A stretch of 64,000 bases of DNA from Epiperipatus broadwayi (Eukaryota; Animalia; Onychophora). This document shows positions 13,102 to 27,149 of this stretch, in pieces. The translations under genes and the position numbers were made by a program. The stretch spans positions 4,898,001-4,962,000 of the forward strand of contig JAQFVV010000005.1 in NCBI GenBank assembly GCA_028023455.1, in the 5' to 3' direction. How positions within the stretch are numbered: position 1 is the first letter of the stretch; every line of letters starts with the position of its first letter. Under the pieces are notes generated by a model. That model worked only from the letters and a program-made list of their open reading frames with translations. It did not search any database and was not told the DNA's origin.

Positions 13102-15098
13102 TGTAATGGTATACATATATGGCGTTACATCACTTTCAAATAAAAATGAAAAAAATATAAATAAAATCACCCTTAGATAGATAGATATATAAAAAAGATT
13201 ACTAAAAATTTTATTTAAAGTTAAAAATCGAAAAACAAGATTGTTTTAATATAAAAGGATTAAAAAAGCTGTTAATTAGTTAAAATATTGTTTTAATATA
13301 AAAGAATGAAAAAAAAAGCTGTTAATTAGTTAAAAGTTATTTATAGCCTTAGAATGGAAATTATTTTCTATGATGATGTATTAGCAAAGAGGCCCTTGGG
13401 CATAAAGTCAGATAAGAGATAAATTAAAAAATATCAGTGATAAAAGTTTGAGTTCCCACTTTAAAGCAAGCTGGCCAATAATGATGGAAATAAACACACA
13501 ATTCACAGAGAAAGGTCATCATTGCCAATAAAAACAGCGCCAAGCCAGGCAAGATCGATCCTGGAATTTGATGATAAGAATTCAAAATGATATAAAAAGA
13601 AAACTTTTAAGTGGAGATTTAGATTTGAGATTGCTCTTGCTGATTGTGTGTTATTGAAACATATTTTATACATGTATTGTGGCTCTCCAAAATGTAGGGG
13701 TCATGCAATAAGTTATGTTTCCTGTATTTGCACCAGCTGAGGCAATCTCCAGAATGATGATTCCTGGAAACTGGCCAGCAACAGATTCGTCTCCACCTAG
13801 GACAATATTAATATGGGATGGAAGGAACAGTGAACATAGTTGTGCAACGCATCATGGACCACCAAGACAGACTTCAAATAAACATACAGCCACAGAAAGT
13901 ATGAACTTTATAATCTAAAAAAAAAATAAGAACTTTTCAAATACTCTATCTAAACGGTACCTAACTCATAGTCTCTTATTTGATTAAACAAAAATTTAAA
14001 TTATTTGTTCTATTTTTCTTTTAATATGTTTGCTATTATAATTATTTCTATGCTTGTAAATTTCTTTTGAATTAGTAATTTAAAATGGGCATAAATGGCT
14101 GCATAGATTCATAAGATTATGTTAATTTAAGTTGTGTTAATTTTGGGATAATTGTTTCGTAGTTAAATTGGTGCTGGTGGATAGATATATGGATGTTTTA
14201 TATCAATGTAATCTGGGTAGGCACATTGGATACTCATTTTCTTTTGCTGCATTAGCATATAGGGCATAATATCCACTTGAATGTATGGCCCAAAAGTATA
14301 GCCCTCGCGTTGCCAATGGGCATAGACGTTTTTCCTATGCCATTGATTTTCATATGCTCTGGTTGGGACAGTAAGTCGATAAAGACCGCTAGCCCCATAT
14401 ACAGAACGTCTCGTATATAAATTTCAAATGATTTGGTTTTTGTACCACCACTTGGATAGTAAATTGTTCCTGTCTGTTGGCAAAATTTATTAATGATCAT
14501 GGGGAAGATGCCCAATCCTTCCCACCATGATTCATTATTTTCTAATATCCTGCGACAGCTGTGAATTCCTGACAGCATGATTGTGTTATGCCAACAATCT
14601 CATTTTGCATTGGTCACATAGGTATATCAGTAAGCTAGCATTGGTTTAAATGCGAGATTTTAGCCTAAGGTTAAAAAGAATTGGGTTGGTTATATGTATA
14701 ACCTATGTAGCATATTTACTCTTAGCAAAGATTAAAATTGTAATAAATCTATTAATGTACTCATCTGTGCATATAATTTAAATCAAATTTAATCTTCAGA
14801 TATTTGTATTAATGTGTGTGTGCGTAATAAAATGTTTTGTTTAATTAAATTTTGGCAGTAACTTATTTTTATATATTTTTATTAATAATAATATTTAAAA
14901 TTAAGAATTAGAAATTTTAAATATAGAGTGATATTTTAAGCTCAGATTCTCCCTGAGCTAGTGACTGGGGCTTTTGGTTCGATAAAAGTTGAATCTCACA
15001 TGTAGGTATTTGCCGCTTTTATAAATTCTCTAGGTTCGAATAACCTAGTTGTGCCCTGGCATGGCAGATAGGTTTGGAAGGTTCCATCGACCATTATA
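13102..15098 (+). mobile_element. Solo LTR (~2.0 kb) related to the 30.7-38.0 kb LTRs
   Basis: Starts TGTAATGG...GCGTTACA and ends ATTATA; CTAT TSD at 13098-13101 and 15099-15102; shares motifs with the other LTRs (gcccttgggca, gtcagataagaga, gctgcatagatt, ttctaggttc). Confidence 0.85.
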
Positions 15099-15102
15099 CT
15101 AT

Positions 15103-15960
15103 GCTTACACAAGCTATTAAAAAAGTAGCAAACTCTATAGAATAATGTCAATGGATGCTAAAAAGGTTTGTGTGTAAAATCCTATCTAGTGACTACTCAT
15201 CCGATATCCCCAGACTAGTTTTTAGTTTGTGGCGTGAATCTGAGATCATTGCACCAAGATCTTATGATCTAATACAAACCTCTAGTGACCACATTTTACT
15301 TATTTAGTTAACTATAAAACTGTGAACCCAAGATGAAAATCCAATAATGTTTTCAATCCAAGCCTATTGGCTTGTATAATCATATAGATCGAAATGCAGT
15401 TCAGTATCTATACATTTTGGTATCTTTGGTTCACAGTCCCCATCATCCTATGGGAAGGATTGATATAAAACCATTAAAACATCACATGATCACAATTACC
15501 TATGCTTATACAAACAGTTAAAACAGTAAAAAATCCTCCACAGAGTAGTGCCACCCAGTGCAAGTCATAGTAATCAATGGATGCAAAAAGATTTGTACAT
15601 AAAATTCCTATCTAGTGATTATTCAAATCTCCAACCTAGTTTTTAGCTTGTGGCTTTCATCAGCGATGAGATTTGGATCTGAGAGCACTACACCAAAATC
15701 CTCCAGCAGCCATATTTTACCAATGACTTTGATTGAAAACTATTATATTTTTATTTTTGGCTCACAGCATTATAGTTAACCAAATAGATAAAATGTAGTT
15801 GCTTGCATGATCCAAGGTTCATCTCTGATGAATCACAAGCTAAAAACTAGTCTGGGGATATTGGATGAGTAGTCACTAGATAGGGAATTTATGCATAAAC
15901 TTTTTTACATCTATTCATGACTAAGGCTTGCACTGGGTGGTACTACTGTATCGAGAGTTT
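15103..15960. repeat. Cluster of family-A hammerhead-bearing repeats (two minus copies, one plus copy)
   Basis: Homologous to 49581-50005; degenerate cores CTGATGAAAGCCACAAGCTAAAAACTAG (minus, ~15636-15663) and CTGATGAATCACAAGCTAAAAACTAGTCTGGGG (plus, 15825-15857). Confidence 0.75.
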
Positions 15961-18900
15961 AATCTATGGCTGCTTTTCTGACATAGCTGATTTGTTCCGC
16001 AAGATAAGTTAAAGTTTTAGATATTTTTAATACCATCTGGAAAATTTTCTGTTGCTGGAGAATATTTGCTTAGTGAGTAGATGAGAAAAGAAAGTTGGAG
16101 TGCAGAAAGATAGATTAATTGGATTTGGAAAGATCGAGGAAAATATTGCTAACATTAGGAAAGTTATTTGATACGCCATTTTAATTATATAAGGAAAAAA
16201 TATCTTTTTTGGGTTTGTGTTTATTGCAAGGAGACTTTAAAACTAAGTTATAAGTAAGATTAGTTGGTTTTTAGTAGGTTTTCTATTAAAGAATTTTTCA
16301 ATTTAGGAAAGAGTAATTTATTTGAGAAAGAGGGTAACGTTTGAGGTGTAAGGTAGCAGAGCACATGTTTATTGATCGTCATTTTTTTTTTTTAAAAAAA
16401 AAGTTTTTTCCTTTTGTATAAAGAGGTTTGAAGAGTAGTAGAAAAATCATAAATTTAAATATAGAGTAGGGGAATTAAAAAATAAGGAAACATGGATTGC
16501 ATTTGCATCCCACAATGTATATATAATGGTAATAAGGAAATTAGGTATGCTTTGGTAGAATGTATGATATATGATAAGGTTTTCCATTTGAAGTGCTTAA
16601 ATAAGACTAGAAAGGATATAAAAGGTGTAAGGTTGTGTAGAACATTTATAAATGTGATAAAAGAGGTGAAAAAAATGGTTTCTAAGTGTAGATAGTTTAA
16701 AGAAAAATCAGGAGAAATGGAGGAAAATGTAGTTAATGAAGATAGAAGAGAGCATATATTTAGTGGAATGACAAGAGATATGGATTACAAAATAAGTGGT
16801 GCAATGGAGATAGTTAGGCAAAGAATAAGTAAGATAGAGGAATAGGCAAAGAATGTAGAAATAAAATAAAAATCTTTAGAGATGAAGGAATTAGAGATTA
16901 ATGAATAGAAACGATAAGGAAGTCCAGAACATGGATGAGAATGTTATGGATGAAGCAGGGAAAGTAAACTATGAGATAGTCTTGATAAGGAACTCACTAA
17001 TTAGAGGATGTGATGTAATTGCAAGAGAAATAGGAATAGGTATATAAGAGTGTTTGCCTGGAGCTAGTATTAGGAATATTACAAATAAGGTAAAGAAACA
17101 AGAAAGTAGAGATGTTTATGTTATGGTAGGGACAAATAATTTGTCAAAGTCATTGGAGAGAGCAATGTATGAGTATAAAGAATTGATTAGTAATTTGAAT
17201 AAGGTTAGCGGAAGAGTAGAAGTGGTTGGATTACTACTAAGATTCGATAATAGTTATATATGTTAGATAGGGCATGTTCTATAAATGAGACATGAAAAAA
17301 TTAAGCGAGAGAAATAATGTTATGTTTGTAGATGTATGAGATTTTTTTATTAGAAAGAGGGAGTTGCATAGTAAAGATGGATTGTACTTAGCAATCAAGA
17401 AAGTGAAGAATTAGGGAGCTTGATTTATGAAAAATATTATAGTTTGGGAAACTTATAAAGGGGAATAAAGTTTTAAATTATAGTATAATCAAAAAAAAAA
17501 GTGAAGAATGTAAGAAATAAACAAAGGGTAGCTGATTTAGATGTAAATGTTGATGTGGGGAGGAAATGGGTCTGTAAAACTAATGATAAAAAAGATAATT
17601 ACAAATATAATAGAGAAGCAAGAGTCAAAAGAATTTATAAAAGGATAGTAAGAAAGGTAGAAATTGTTAAAATTTGATATTTGAATAGACCAGAAAAGTG
17701 GCTGGAATTAAGCAAAGAAGTTAAAAATGAAGGGGTTCAGGTATTAATAGTGGTAACACATCTAAAAGAAGAACCTACACCGGAAGACTTGGTATGGCAG
17801 GATATAAGTAAAAAAGAAAAAAGGAGTAATGGTATAGGAGTTATGTCAAAAATATATTTAAATACTGTAAAGTGTCAAGGACATTTGTGATTAGAGGTAA
17901 GGTTAGGAAGATAAGAATGGATGGTGGGTATAGTATATATGGCTACTGAAGATACTCTAACTATAATGGAAGAAACAATAGCATATATGAATGTTTACTT
18001 AACGATATACAGTTTCAAAAAAAAGGGGAAGAAAATAATGGTTATAGGGGATATGAATGAGCATATTAAAGAAATTGATGACATGGATAACAAGAATGGA
18101 CAACTTTTGAGAAATTTTTGTCAGAGAGTGAATTTGAACATTGGAAATTTATCAAATATTTATGTGGGGCAATGCACATAATCTAGAAATAATATATTTC
18201 ACACAATAGATTATATATTAGTAGAGAAAGAGGGAATGAATAAATTATGGAGAATTAAAGTGTTTGATAACAGAGAGTATGTAATAGTGATCATAATTTC
18301 TTTATATTAGAAATGATTAGAATGTGATGGAAAATAGTAATAAAAGTAGAACGGATAGTGAAAAATGTAGATGGAAAATAAATGATAAGAACAAGTTAGA
18401 AGAATATAAAATAAAAGTAGAAGAAATCATGGAAGAGTTTGTTGGGAGATGAATATAAGGACTGGTGGGTACAAGTAGAAAAACTGGAAAATGGGGTTTT
18501 AAATGAGAATATTCAGAAGAATAAAAGTAATAGAAAAGTGGGAATTAGTAAAAGAGAAAAAAAAAAAAAGTATGCAGAAAATATAAATGTGCTATTAAAA
18601 CAAAGAAAGTGAAATTCTAGAGAAGAATTAGAAATAATATTAAATAAATAGGTAATTGATATAGAAAATATGTTAGATGTGAAGGACAAAATGATAACAT
18701 AAAATCACATTGTTAAGGAAATATTAGTTTTACAGAAAATAAATTGAATGAGGCAAGGAAGAAATTGAAAAGTGGAAAGGCAAAAAGTTTAGATGGATGG
18801 GCAGCAGAGATGGTGATAAATTTGGGAAATAGGGCAAAATTAAATCTATTATCATGTTTTAATAAGATGGCACCGAAGAGAGAATTTCCAGATAGCTGAA

Positions 18901-20707
18901 ATAATGTAAGAAAAAGGCTATTATTTAAAGGAAAGGACTATAGAAAGTTAAACAATTATAGACCAATAGTGGTAATGTCAGTGTTATATCATGTTTTTGC
19001 ATATATGGTGGCTGGGTGACAAAATGGATAGAAGAAAATAATATAATGAGAGAAATGCAAGGAGGTTTTAGATAGGATAGGCAAATAGGAGATAATTTAT
19101 TTGTAGACACACAACTTATAGATATGAGTATAAATACAAGTAGACAATTATATAAGGTCTTTATAGATATAGAGAAGGCATATGATAGAGTAAATAGAAA
19201 TAAATTATAAGTAAGTTAAGTAAATTTGGGTATGAATGGAGCTTTAGTGGATCTTATTAAAAGATTATATGAAAATAATTACTATATGTATCAATTAGGA
19301 AATATAGAATCAGAATTAAAAATGGGATGGGACTAAGGGAAGGATGCCCTATGTCACCTATTTTGTTTTTGTTATATTTAAGAAAAATGGAAAGAGCAAT
19401 AGAAAGACTAGGAAGAGGGGTAGCGATACTATTAATAGATGCTTCTTTTGCAAGTAGGGAAGATATGGAAGTTATGCTGAGGACATACACAAGCATGGAT
19501 AAAGGGATGGGGATTAAATTTGGTGAAGAAAAATCAAAAGTAATGATGATAAATGCTGGGGAAAGAATTTTTATTGGGGATATAAAGTTAAATGTGGTGA
19601 ATAGGTATAACTATTTGGGAATCGTCTTAAATAATCAGAGAAATTGCTTGGATAAATGGGACAAAAAATTGAATAAATGAAGCAAAGAAAAGAAAGGGAC
19701 TGATAAAGAAATCAAGTGTTTTCATATAATAAATATGATGTAGTTAGAATTGTATGGAAGGGAGTGGCATTAGCAAGGTTAACTTATGGTAATGATGCGT
19801 TATGTATTAGTAAAGGGATGCTAGATTTCTTAGAAAAAGTACAAAGAGAAGTAGGAAAATATACATTAGATGCAGATATGTAGTCTTAAAAGAAGGCAAT
19901 CCAAGAAGAAATGGAATGGTCAAGTTTTTATATGAGAGATGCAAAAAGCAAAATGAAAATGTTCAGTAGATTGCAATTTATGGATAAGAGAATAACCAAA
20001 ATAGTATTTAATTGAATTAGGAATAAATGATAGGCAACAAGATGGGTGCGAAAGGTAGTATGGTATGCACAAGATTTGGATAAAGACTTTATGTCAATAT
20101 ATTTGTACAAAAGGTGCGATGATTGTATTAGGAGAATTGTTGAATGCTATAGTGGGAAAGAATGGGATAGAAGAATAGATACATTAATAAAAAATAGGAA
20201 GATGGAGAACTAGTATGGAGAGATATAAACAGAATATTGGATGGGAGTTAATTTACGATAATAGCGAGAAAAGTAGTTTACTGTTTAAAGCTTGAACATG
20301 ATCATTAGCAACAAGGGAATAGACACATAAATGGAGAAAATTGGATGATTTAGTCTACAAGTTAAGTAAGGAAGGCATGGAAAATATTAGGCATATGTTA
20401 ATTGAATGTGAATACTTACAAGCAGAAAGATACAAATAATGAAGTGGAAGAATAAATATAAACAAAGTGATTATATAGAAAGTGGGTTCTTGGTTTTTAA
20501 GCTGGGTTTGGAAAAGATAAGGGGGATCTAGATATAAAGGCTATAGAGTGGACAAAGATAATGTTGTGGAAATGGGATGGAGCAGAATAGAGAAGAGTAT
20601 GGAGATGGAAAGAAAAGGTAAGGCGACTAACATATTTCTCTGGGCATAATGGCTGAGAGATTCCCGCCTCTGATAAAGGAGAAACCATAGTTCATCGCAT
20701 CACATTG
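15960..20707 (+). mobile_element. Near full-length decayed LINE (ORF1 PHD + SGNH esterase; ORF2 APE-RT), CR1/L2-like
   Basis: PHD-like C..C..FHLKC (16492-16695); esterase PGASIRNI...MVGTNNL (17054-17266); APE IMVIGDMNEH (17921-18181); RT GLREGCPMSPILF (19327-); many stops; 5' boundary approximate. Confidence 0.85.
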
Positions 20708-20829
20708 TTTTAATATTTCTTACAGTTATATAAGTGCATATCCAGAAGATTAGTATGAGCAATTTTGCTTCAATCAAAGCCATAGAATTCACCAGTAAAA
20801 TATATCAATAACAAGGAAATTATCCTTAA

Positions 20830-21050
20830 ATAGAGACAATCATCTTTCCAATGTGGTTGTTCTAAGAAATTACTTTACATATGCTTTTGATAGATACAAG
20901 AAACAAGTTGGCTATTGATCCAACATTATAAAATTTTACAGAATAATCTGCCACAAGATTCAATTCTTTTCCCTATTTCATTCAACAATTATCTTCCAGA
21001 AATAGAAATCATGAAATTTATATATACTATTAACACAGTTTTGATTTCAT
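20830..21050 (+). mobile_element. Decayed LINE RT fragment
   Basis: NYFTYAFDR and NLPQDSILFPISFNNYL resemble DFSKAFD and GLPQGSILSPILFNIY. Confidence 0.45.
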
Positions 21051-21669
21051 AAGAGATCCCAGCAATAAAAATCTCTATGCAAATCTTTTCCAAAAATTGA
21101 ACTCTTATTCCTATCCCACAAAGACAGTAAACTCAACTTTTTGTCTAAATAATAGGAAAATATTCTTGCAACAATAGACTAATCATAACTAAAACCCATG
21201 CTACTTTGGAGTATGTATGACTTTAAAGGTACTGAACTGTAGATTGTAGTGAGTAAGAGTGGGGTGATGAATTGAGTTAAAGCTATATAATTATCAATTA
21301 CGATTCTCGTTTTGAAGGTTGTGATACCACAAAATGCTAGGATGATAGGTGGATACTGTCAATATGATTCTTAATGCCATCCAGATTAATAATCAAATTG
21401 TCTGGTATAGGAAAGTCAGTAAATCCTCTTCCTAAATGAATCTAAGATTTGTTAAATTACTTTTTCTATTAATACTAAAGGGAAATTGCAAAGTAGATTC
21501 TTCCTTAAGCCGATTAAAAATAATATTATGTTGCTTATAAATATGGTTTATTACTCATGTAAAAAGATATTTGATGAGTTCAGAAATCTCATTGCTAGAA
21601 ACATCCTCAGTCTTGAACAATATAATGCTTTCAAGATAAATATTTCCAATCGCTAATTTATATAAGGAA

Positions 21670-21728
21670 TTCATTTTAGGGTAAAATGTGGACTTCATTT
21701 TAGGGTAAAATGTGAACTTCATTTTAGG
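21670..21728 (+). repeat. 24-bp tandem repeat, about 2.5 units
   Basis: ttcattttagggtaaaatgtg(g/a)ac repeated. Confidence 0.9.
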
Positions 21729-21779
21729 AGAAAGTAATATGAAGTTAAGCTTTATTGTAAGTACTAGATTAATGCTGAT

Positions 21780-23930
21780 GGAGAGCAAAGAGAAAGAAAG
21801 AGAATGCAAGAGAAAAATAAGTGCAATGAAGAGAGCAAAAAAAAAACAGGAAAGAATGAAGAGAGGGAAAGGGAACACTCAACATAGAAGAAAAAAAGGA
21901 AAATACCATGTGAAAAAGAAATGACAACAAAAATGTGAGAGAATAAAGATAAAAGAAACAGTATAGGAGAGAAAGAAATATGAAGTACGATTAGATATAA
22001 AAGAAAAGTGAGAATAAGATATCAAGAATGAAGAATGAATGAGAACTAGAAAAAGAAGACAGAAATGAAGAGAATAGAAAGGATGATGTAAGGAAAAACA
22101 ATTAAGTCAAGAAAAAATTGTCAGGCCCAAGTAAGAGAGAGAAATCAGGAGAAAATAAATAAAAGTTCAAGGAGAAAAACAGATAAGAGGAATAAGGCAG
22201 ATTAAAAAACAGAATAATGAGCAAGAGGAAAGAAGAAACTGGAATAAAGAGAGTAAAAGATATAGGAAAAAGCAATAAAATAAAGAGAAGATAGGGTATA
22301 AAATCAAGAAAGAATGTAAGAAGCCAAATAAGAAGAGACAGCGGACAAGAGTAAGAAAGAGCTTAAGATAGCAAAAATAAAACTAACAACAAAGGGGAAA
22401 AAGGACTGAAAGACTTCAAGGAAATAAAGAGGGTAAACGATACAGGGAAAAGGAAAGAGATAAGCAAAACAGGAGCAAGCATAAAGTACATAAGAGGATA
22501 ATAGTGAACAAGAAATGGGAAAAAAAGAATAACAAAAAAGAGTGAGATAAGGTACAAAAATTGAAAAAGAAAAAACAAAATAGAACAAATATAAGATGGG
22601 AGAGACAATGTGAGATAGAAAATGGCAACAATAAAATGGACAAATAAATAATAAAAATCTCGAAAAAAAAGGAAGAACAAGAAAAGAGAGAAGTAAGAAG
22701 GGGAGAACATAAAAGATATAAATAGATGACAAAATCAGAAACCAGCAAAAAAAGAGGGAAATGATAGAGCAGAAAGGGGGAAGGGGAAATTATAGAGAAA
22801 AAGGAACATACTGAATACAAAATGGAAAAAGAGGGTAGGAAAAAAAGGGACAAAAGTGGCATAATGAAATTGTAAAAATGGAATAGACAAAAAACAAACT
22901 AAATAAAAGGAAAGGAAAATATAAGAAGATCAAAAAGAAGAACAGAAAAAAGATAGAAAAATGGATAGAAACAGAAAATAGGAGAGAGGGAGAAAACAGT
23001 GAGATAGGTATTAACAAGAAAAGGATGAGTCATAAAAAAGAATGTGAGAGGAAAATAAAAGCATGAGGTGAAGTAAACAAGTGATAATATAAAATAACAA
23101 GAATTTGGGGGAAATTGAAATATAAGAGTAAACAAATGATTGAAAGCAAAAAAGAAAGAATATATCAACCAGGAATCGGAGGAAAGGAGGACAAACAGTA
23201 TGAGAGCACAAAATGTGAGTGAGAAAAGATGGAGCAAATGAGAACAGGGAAAAGAAAGTAAGTGTCAAAAGAAAGGGATAAAGAAAAAAGGAAGTGGAGT
23301 TAATGAAGAAGATATAGCAAAAGAGAAAACTATATTATGGGTTAATAAGATATTGGCAAAGGGATAACGAGAAAATGAAGTGAAATAATGACATTAAGCA
23401 AAGGGAAATAAGAAAAGATGGAAAACAAATAAGTGACCACAGAGAGTGGGAATAGCCATTGAGCAAGAAAGAGGGAATAAATCCTTTGGAAAGAGGGTTA
23501 AAAAGTGATGAGAGAAAAAGGATGGTCATGTGAAAGAAAGAACAAAATGAGGACAAAATTGGAAGAAAAGAACACATAAAAGAGAAAACAAACGCCTTAA
23601 AGAAAGAGTGAACATATTGGACAGACAGCAGATGAGAAACCAAGTAAAAAGAGACCAAAGTAAACCATGTGAGAATGAGGGGGAAAGTAATGCAAGAAGT
23701 ACAAAAAAAATCAAGGAAGATGTTAATGCATGTTAATGGGTTTGAGAATAAGAAAGGAAAAAATAGTTAGACACAGTGATACAGAGATAGAGAAATAGAA
23801 AACTTTAGGAAGCATAATATGACATCGAAGAAGAAAAATGCAAAAAGATAGTAAATGATAGAGATCAACATAAAAAGTGAGAGAACAGGAAAAGGAAAAA
23901 AGTGACAAAATGAAAATGGTGAATATGAAA
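21780..23930 (+). repeat. ~2.1 kb purine-rich (A/G) low-complexity tract
   Basis: The plus strand is strongly A/G-rich and C-poor; it produces spurious F/L/S-rich minus-strand ORFs. Confidence 0.85.
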
Positions 23931-24133
23931 ATGAGTAAGCAAAAGACTGATTGCCTCTCTCCCCACAATTTTTTTTTTGCAATCAACAAGCTAGATTTAA
24001 TATTTATCATAATTTATAGCACTAAAAGAAGTTTGTGAAAAACAACTTTAGTATCAAACTCGCAAATTAAAATACAGAACAGAAAATAAAATACGCACAC
24101 TTATGCTTACTCATAAAAATAAAATAAACTCAC

Positions 24134-24242
24134 CTGCCAGGCCAAAGCAAGTTTGTCAATATCTCGGCCACTAAGACCCTCAGTTCTTTTTGCTATTTCA
24201 TTACATTTACTTAAGTAATCAAACTGGGCCATTTTAAACTTT
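24134..24242 (-). CDS. ATAD3: ATAD3-like exon
   Basis: ttgcag|A AAG...CAG|gtgagt; 109 nt; KFKMAQFDYLSKCNEIAKRTEGLSGRDIDKLALAWQ versus [36 protein letters not shown]; follows a 72-nt intron. Confidence 0.95.
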
Positions 24243-24314
24243 CTGCAACAGATAATGTTGTCAGTATTTTTAAATATTATTTTAAAAAAATAAAAATAAA
24301 TAAATTAAAAATAC

Positions 24315-24482
24315 CTTTTCCCCTCAATTGCCGGTCTCAAAACATGTTTTTCAAAATAGTAGCGGATTAACCGCTCCCTTTCCTGCAAGCCTGGCAAAGG
24401 AAATTCAATCATGGTATCAATGCGACTGAGAACTGCTTGATCAATATGATTGGGATAATTAGTCGCCAGAACTAACATGAAC
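24315..24482 (-). CDS. ATAD3: ATAD3-like exon (sensor 1 / arginine-finger region)
   Basis: ttaaag|G TTC...AG|gtattt; 168 nt; FMLVLATNYPNHIDQAVLSRIDTMIEFPLPGLQERERLIRYYFEKHVLRPAIEGKR. Confidence 0.95.
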
Positions 24483-24632
24483 CTTTAAAATAAAGATTAC
24501 TCAATAAATATTTGTAGGAGTAATAAATTTCTTTTCAAAAAGATAAAGAAATCATTCTATATATTGCCAAAAAAATTATTCAACTCAAAATTAAAACTGA
24601 CGACTTTAATACGATAGGTAATTAATAATATA

Positions 24633-25579
24633 CAGTGGAGTTGTGATATGTGCTCTATTTTGTTCCACCACCCCCCCCCCCGCATACGTAGTATATAATT
24701 ACCATTTTATTGATAAACTTTGATTAGAATAAAATACGTATTTTTATTGAATTGCATGTGTACAGTATTTATCGACAGCATATATATAACACGTGCTTTT
24801 TTATATTTATATTATGTATATATAAATTAAAAATTATGATCTAAACAAAATTTTTAAAAAATAATACGATAATTAATAATAAATTGAGGGGATATTTATT
24901 TTTTAAATAAATAGTGAAATGTGTGATTTCATCCCAATTAAATATATCCTGGATGATGTTCTTTTTTCAATAACTTTTTTCTCTTATAAAAACATAATAG
25001 ACAAGTCTCATTATTAAGTATGATCTCTAATTGTTTTAATGTTTTTAAATCAGTAATAACTTTAAGAATGTTCAAAAATTTTGTAAAACTTTTAGCATTA
25101 CGCTTAGTAAATATTTTATTGCATAAAATACTGTACATCAAATTTGAAAAGAATAATAAAGAAAGAATAAAATGTGCTTTCAGCATAAACCAAAGAAATT
25201 TTATTCATGAACATCATTTATGGCATTATGAGCTTGGAAAAAACAGCTGCTGACATAATTTAAAATTTATTTATATATTCTTTCTCCAATGTGATCACAT
25301 ACAGTTTCACAAATGGAAAGTAGCTGCTTGAGTATCGTAAAATTATTAAATTTGTGAATTTTAATAATTTTCTTGTTTATATGTTTACTTTTTTTTTTAA
25401 TAACATGTAATTGAAATCAGGTATTTTTGTGGTTTCACTAGGGTTCTTATGGAAGCTTACTAAAGTCTGATTATATTCTGATAATGTAATTAATTAATTT
25501 TTCTTAATCAATAAAAATAATTGTAGCAAACCATTAAAAATAATTTCAACCATAAATGATTAATCCATGAACTACACTG
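24633..25579. mobile_element. Possible Tc1/pogo-type non-autonomous element
   Basis: TA|CAGTGGAGTT ... AACTACACTG|TA: short 9/10 TIR with TA flanks; interior uninformative. Confidence 0.35.
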
Positions 25580-27149
25580 TATCAAACTATGCAATTTCAA
25601 TTACATGCTATCCAAAGAAAAACGTAAAAAAATAAATAAAAATGTAAATAAACAAACAAAGCATCACTAAAATTCACAAATTTTATGATATTTTGAGTAG
25701 CTATTTTTTCTCCCTCTGAGCATATATATGATTATATATATATATTAATAAAATTTCTTCAGTTTATGTCGAAAGCTCATACATTATATTCTTTTATTAT
25801 CTTTTCCGAATTCGTGTTTTTTTGCAAAAGAAATTATTTTAGAACATACTAAAAAAAACACGATTGTAATTTCTTGTTAAAGAGTAGTCTATTATGTTTC
25901 TATAAGAAAAAAAAGTTATTGAAAAAGAAAATTGCCCAGAGTATATTTAATAGTGAGAAAGTCATATATTTTGCTATTTACTTTATTTTTAAAATAAAAA
26001 CATGATAGTTTTTCTTCTTATTCTTCTTGCTCTAGTGAATGCATAAATAAAACCTCAGTAAAATATATGTAAATGTGTCCCTCTTAATTTTTTGTTAATA
26101 ATTATTTTATTTCAAATTAAAATTATAACAGATAAATTAAATTCTCTCTTTTTTTTTTGCTATTAAGGATAACAAAGATGACACTAAAATAGTTTTATAT
26201 GATGCTAAATCTTACACTCTCTCGTTTTCTATAATAAAATCATTGACTGATAAAAAATATTCAGGCAATGCAAGTTGGAGACATGTTAAACCCAATAAAT
26301 CAGCAGATATATAATGAATTGGTGATCATGTGATGTTTATTGGTAGATATCTAATGGTGGAGAAAAGGATAGTATTGGAAAAGGTTCTCTTCACACTACC
26401 AATCTTTCTAAATGCTCTGAGAAGAATTCACTTATGAATTGTGAAATCAAAAATTTTGATTTTCCCAAATTTTATAAACTAAAATATTTAGATATTTCAG
26501 GATTTCTCAATCTCCTCCTTTAAAAACCAGAAAGATTACTTCAGCATACAAAAGTAAGTCCTGGCACTTATCACAAATTAAAGAATGATTGCTCTCATTG
26601 AAGCTTAATTAGTAATTCTACATCTTTACTAATTTAAATCCATTGATAAAGTATAAGTCTCCATTAAATTGTTTGTTGAAAGGGAATAAAATAAACTTTT
26701 TCCAAGAATTTACTGGAAGAGGCTGACCTTCATAAAGATCAAATATTATTTGTAAACAAATCTGAGGTGAGTTATTATAAATATTTCCTTTTAAATAACT
26801 CTGTTAACATAACATTTTAGAATATCAAAAATTTTCTTGAAAGTTGCATGTTAAAGTTATTTTTTTTAAGATCAATATATTTAATTCTAGATTGGCTTGA
26901 TTTTATCTTTATATCCCCAAACATAAACATCATGAGATTACCAATTCTTATTTATAGCCTCATGGTACTTGATTTATTTTTCCTGGTTTCTTGGCCAACT
27001 AATTAAAACTTCCCATATAGGGTATTTTTATAAATACTTTTATTTATTTACTTTTCATTTCTATTTTGATAATGGTATTACTTTATTCTAATATGAGAGC
27101 AAATCTGATAAAAGAATTAATTGTTTCTGAGAATTGTGGGTTTTTTTTT

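Noticed and set aside
22304-24010. Many overlapping F/L/S-rich minus-strand ORFs that look like membrane proteins
   Set aside because: A T/C-rich strand lacks stop codons in all frames, so these are compositional artefacts.
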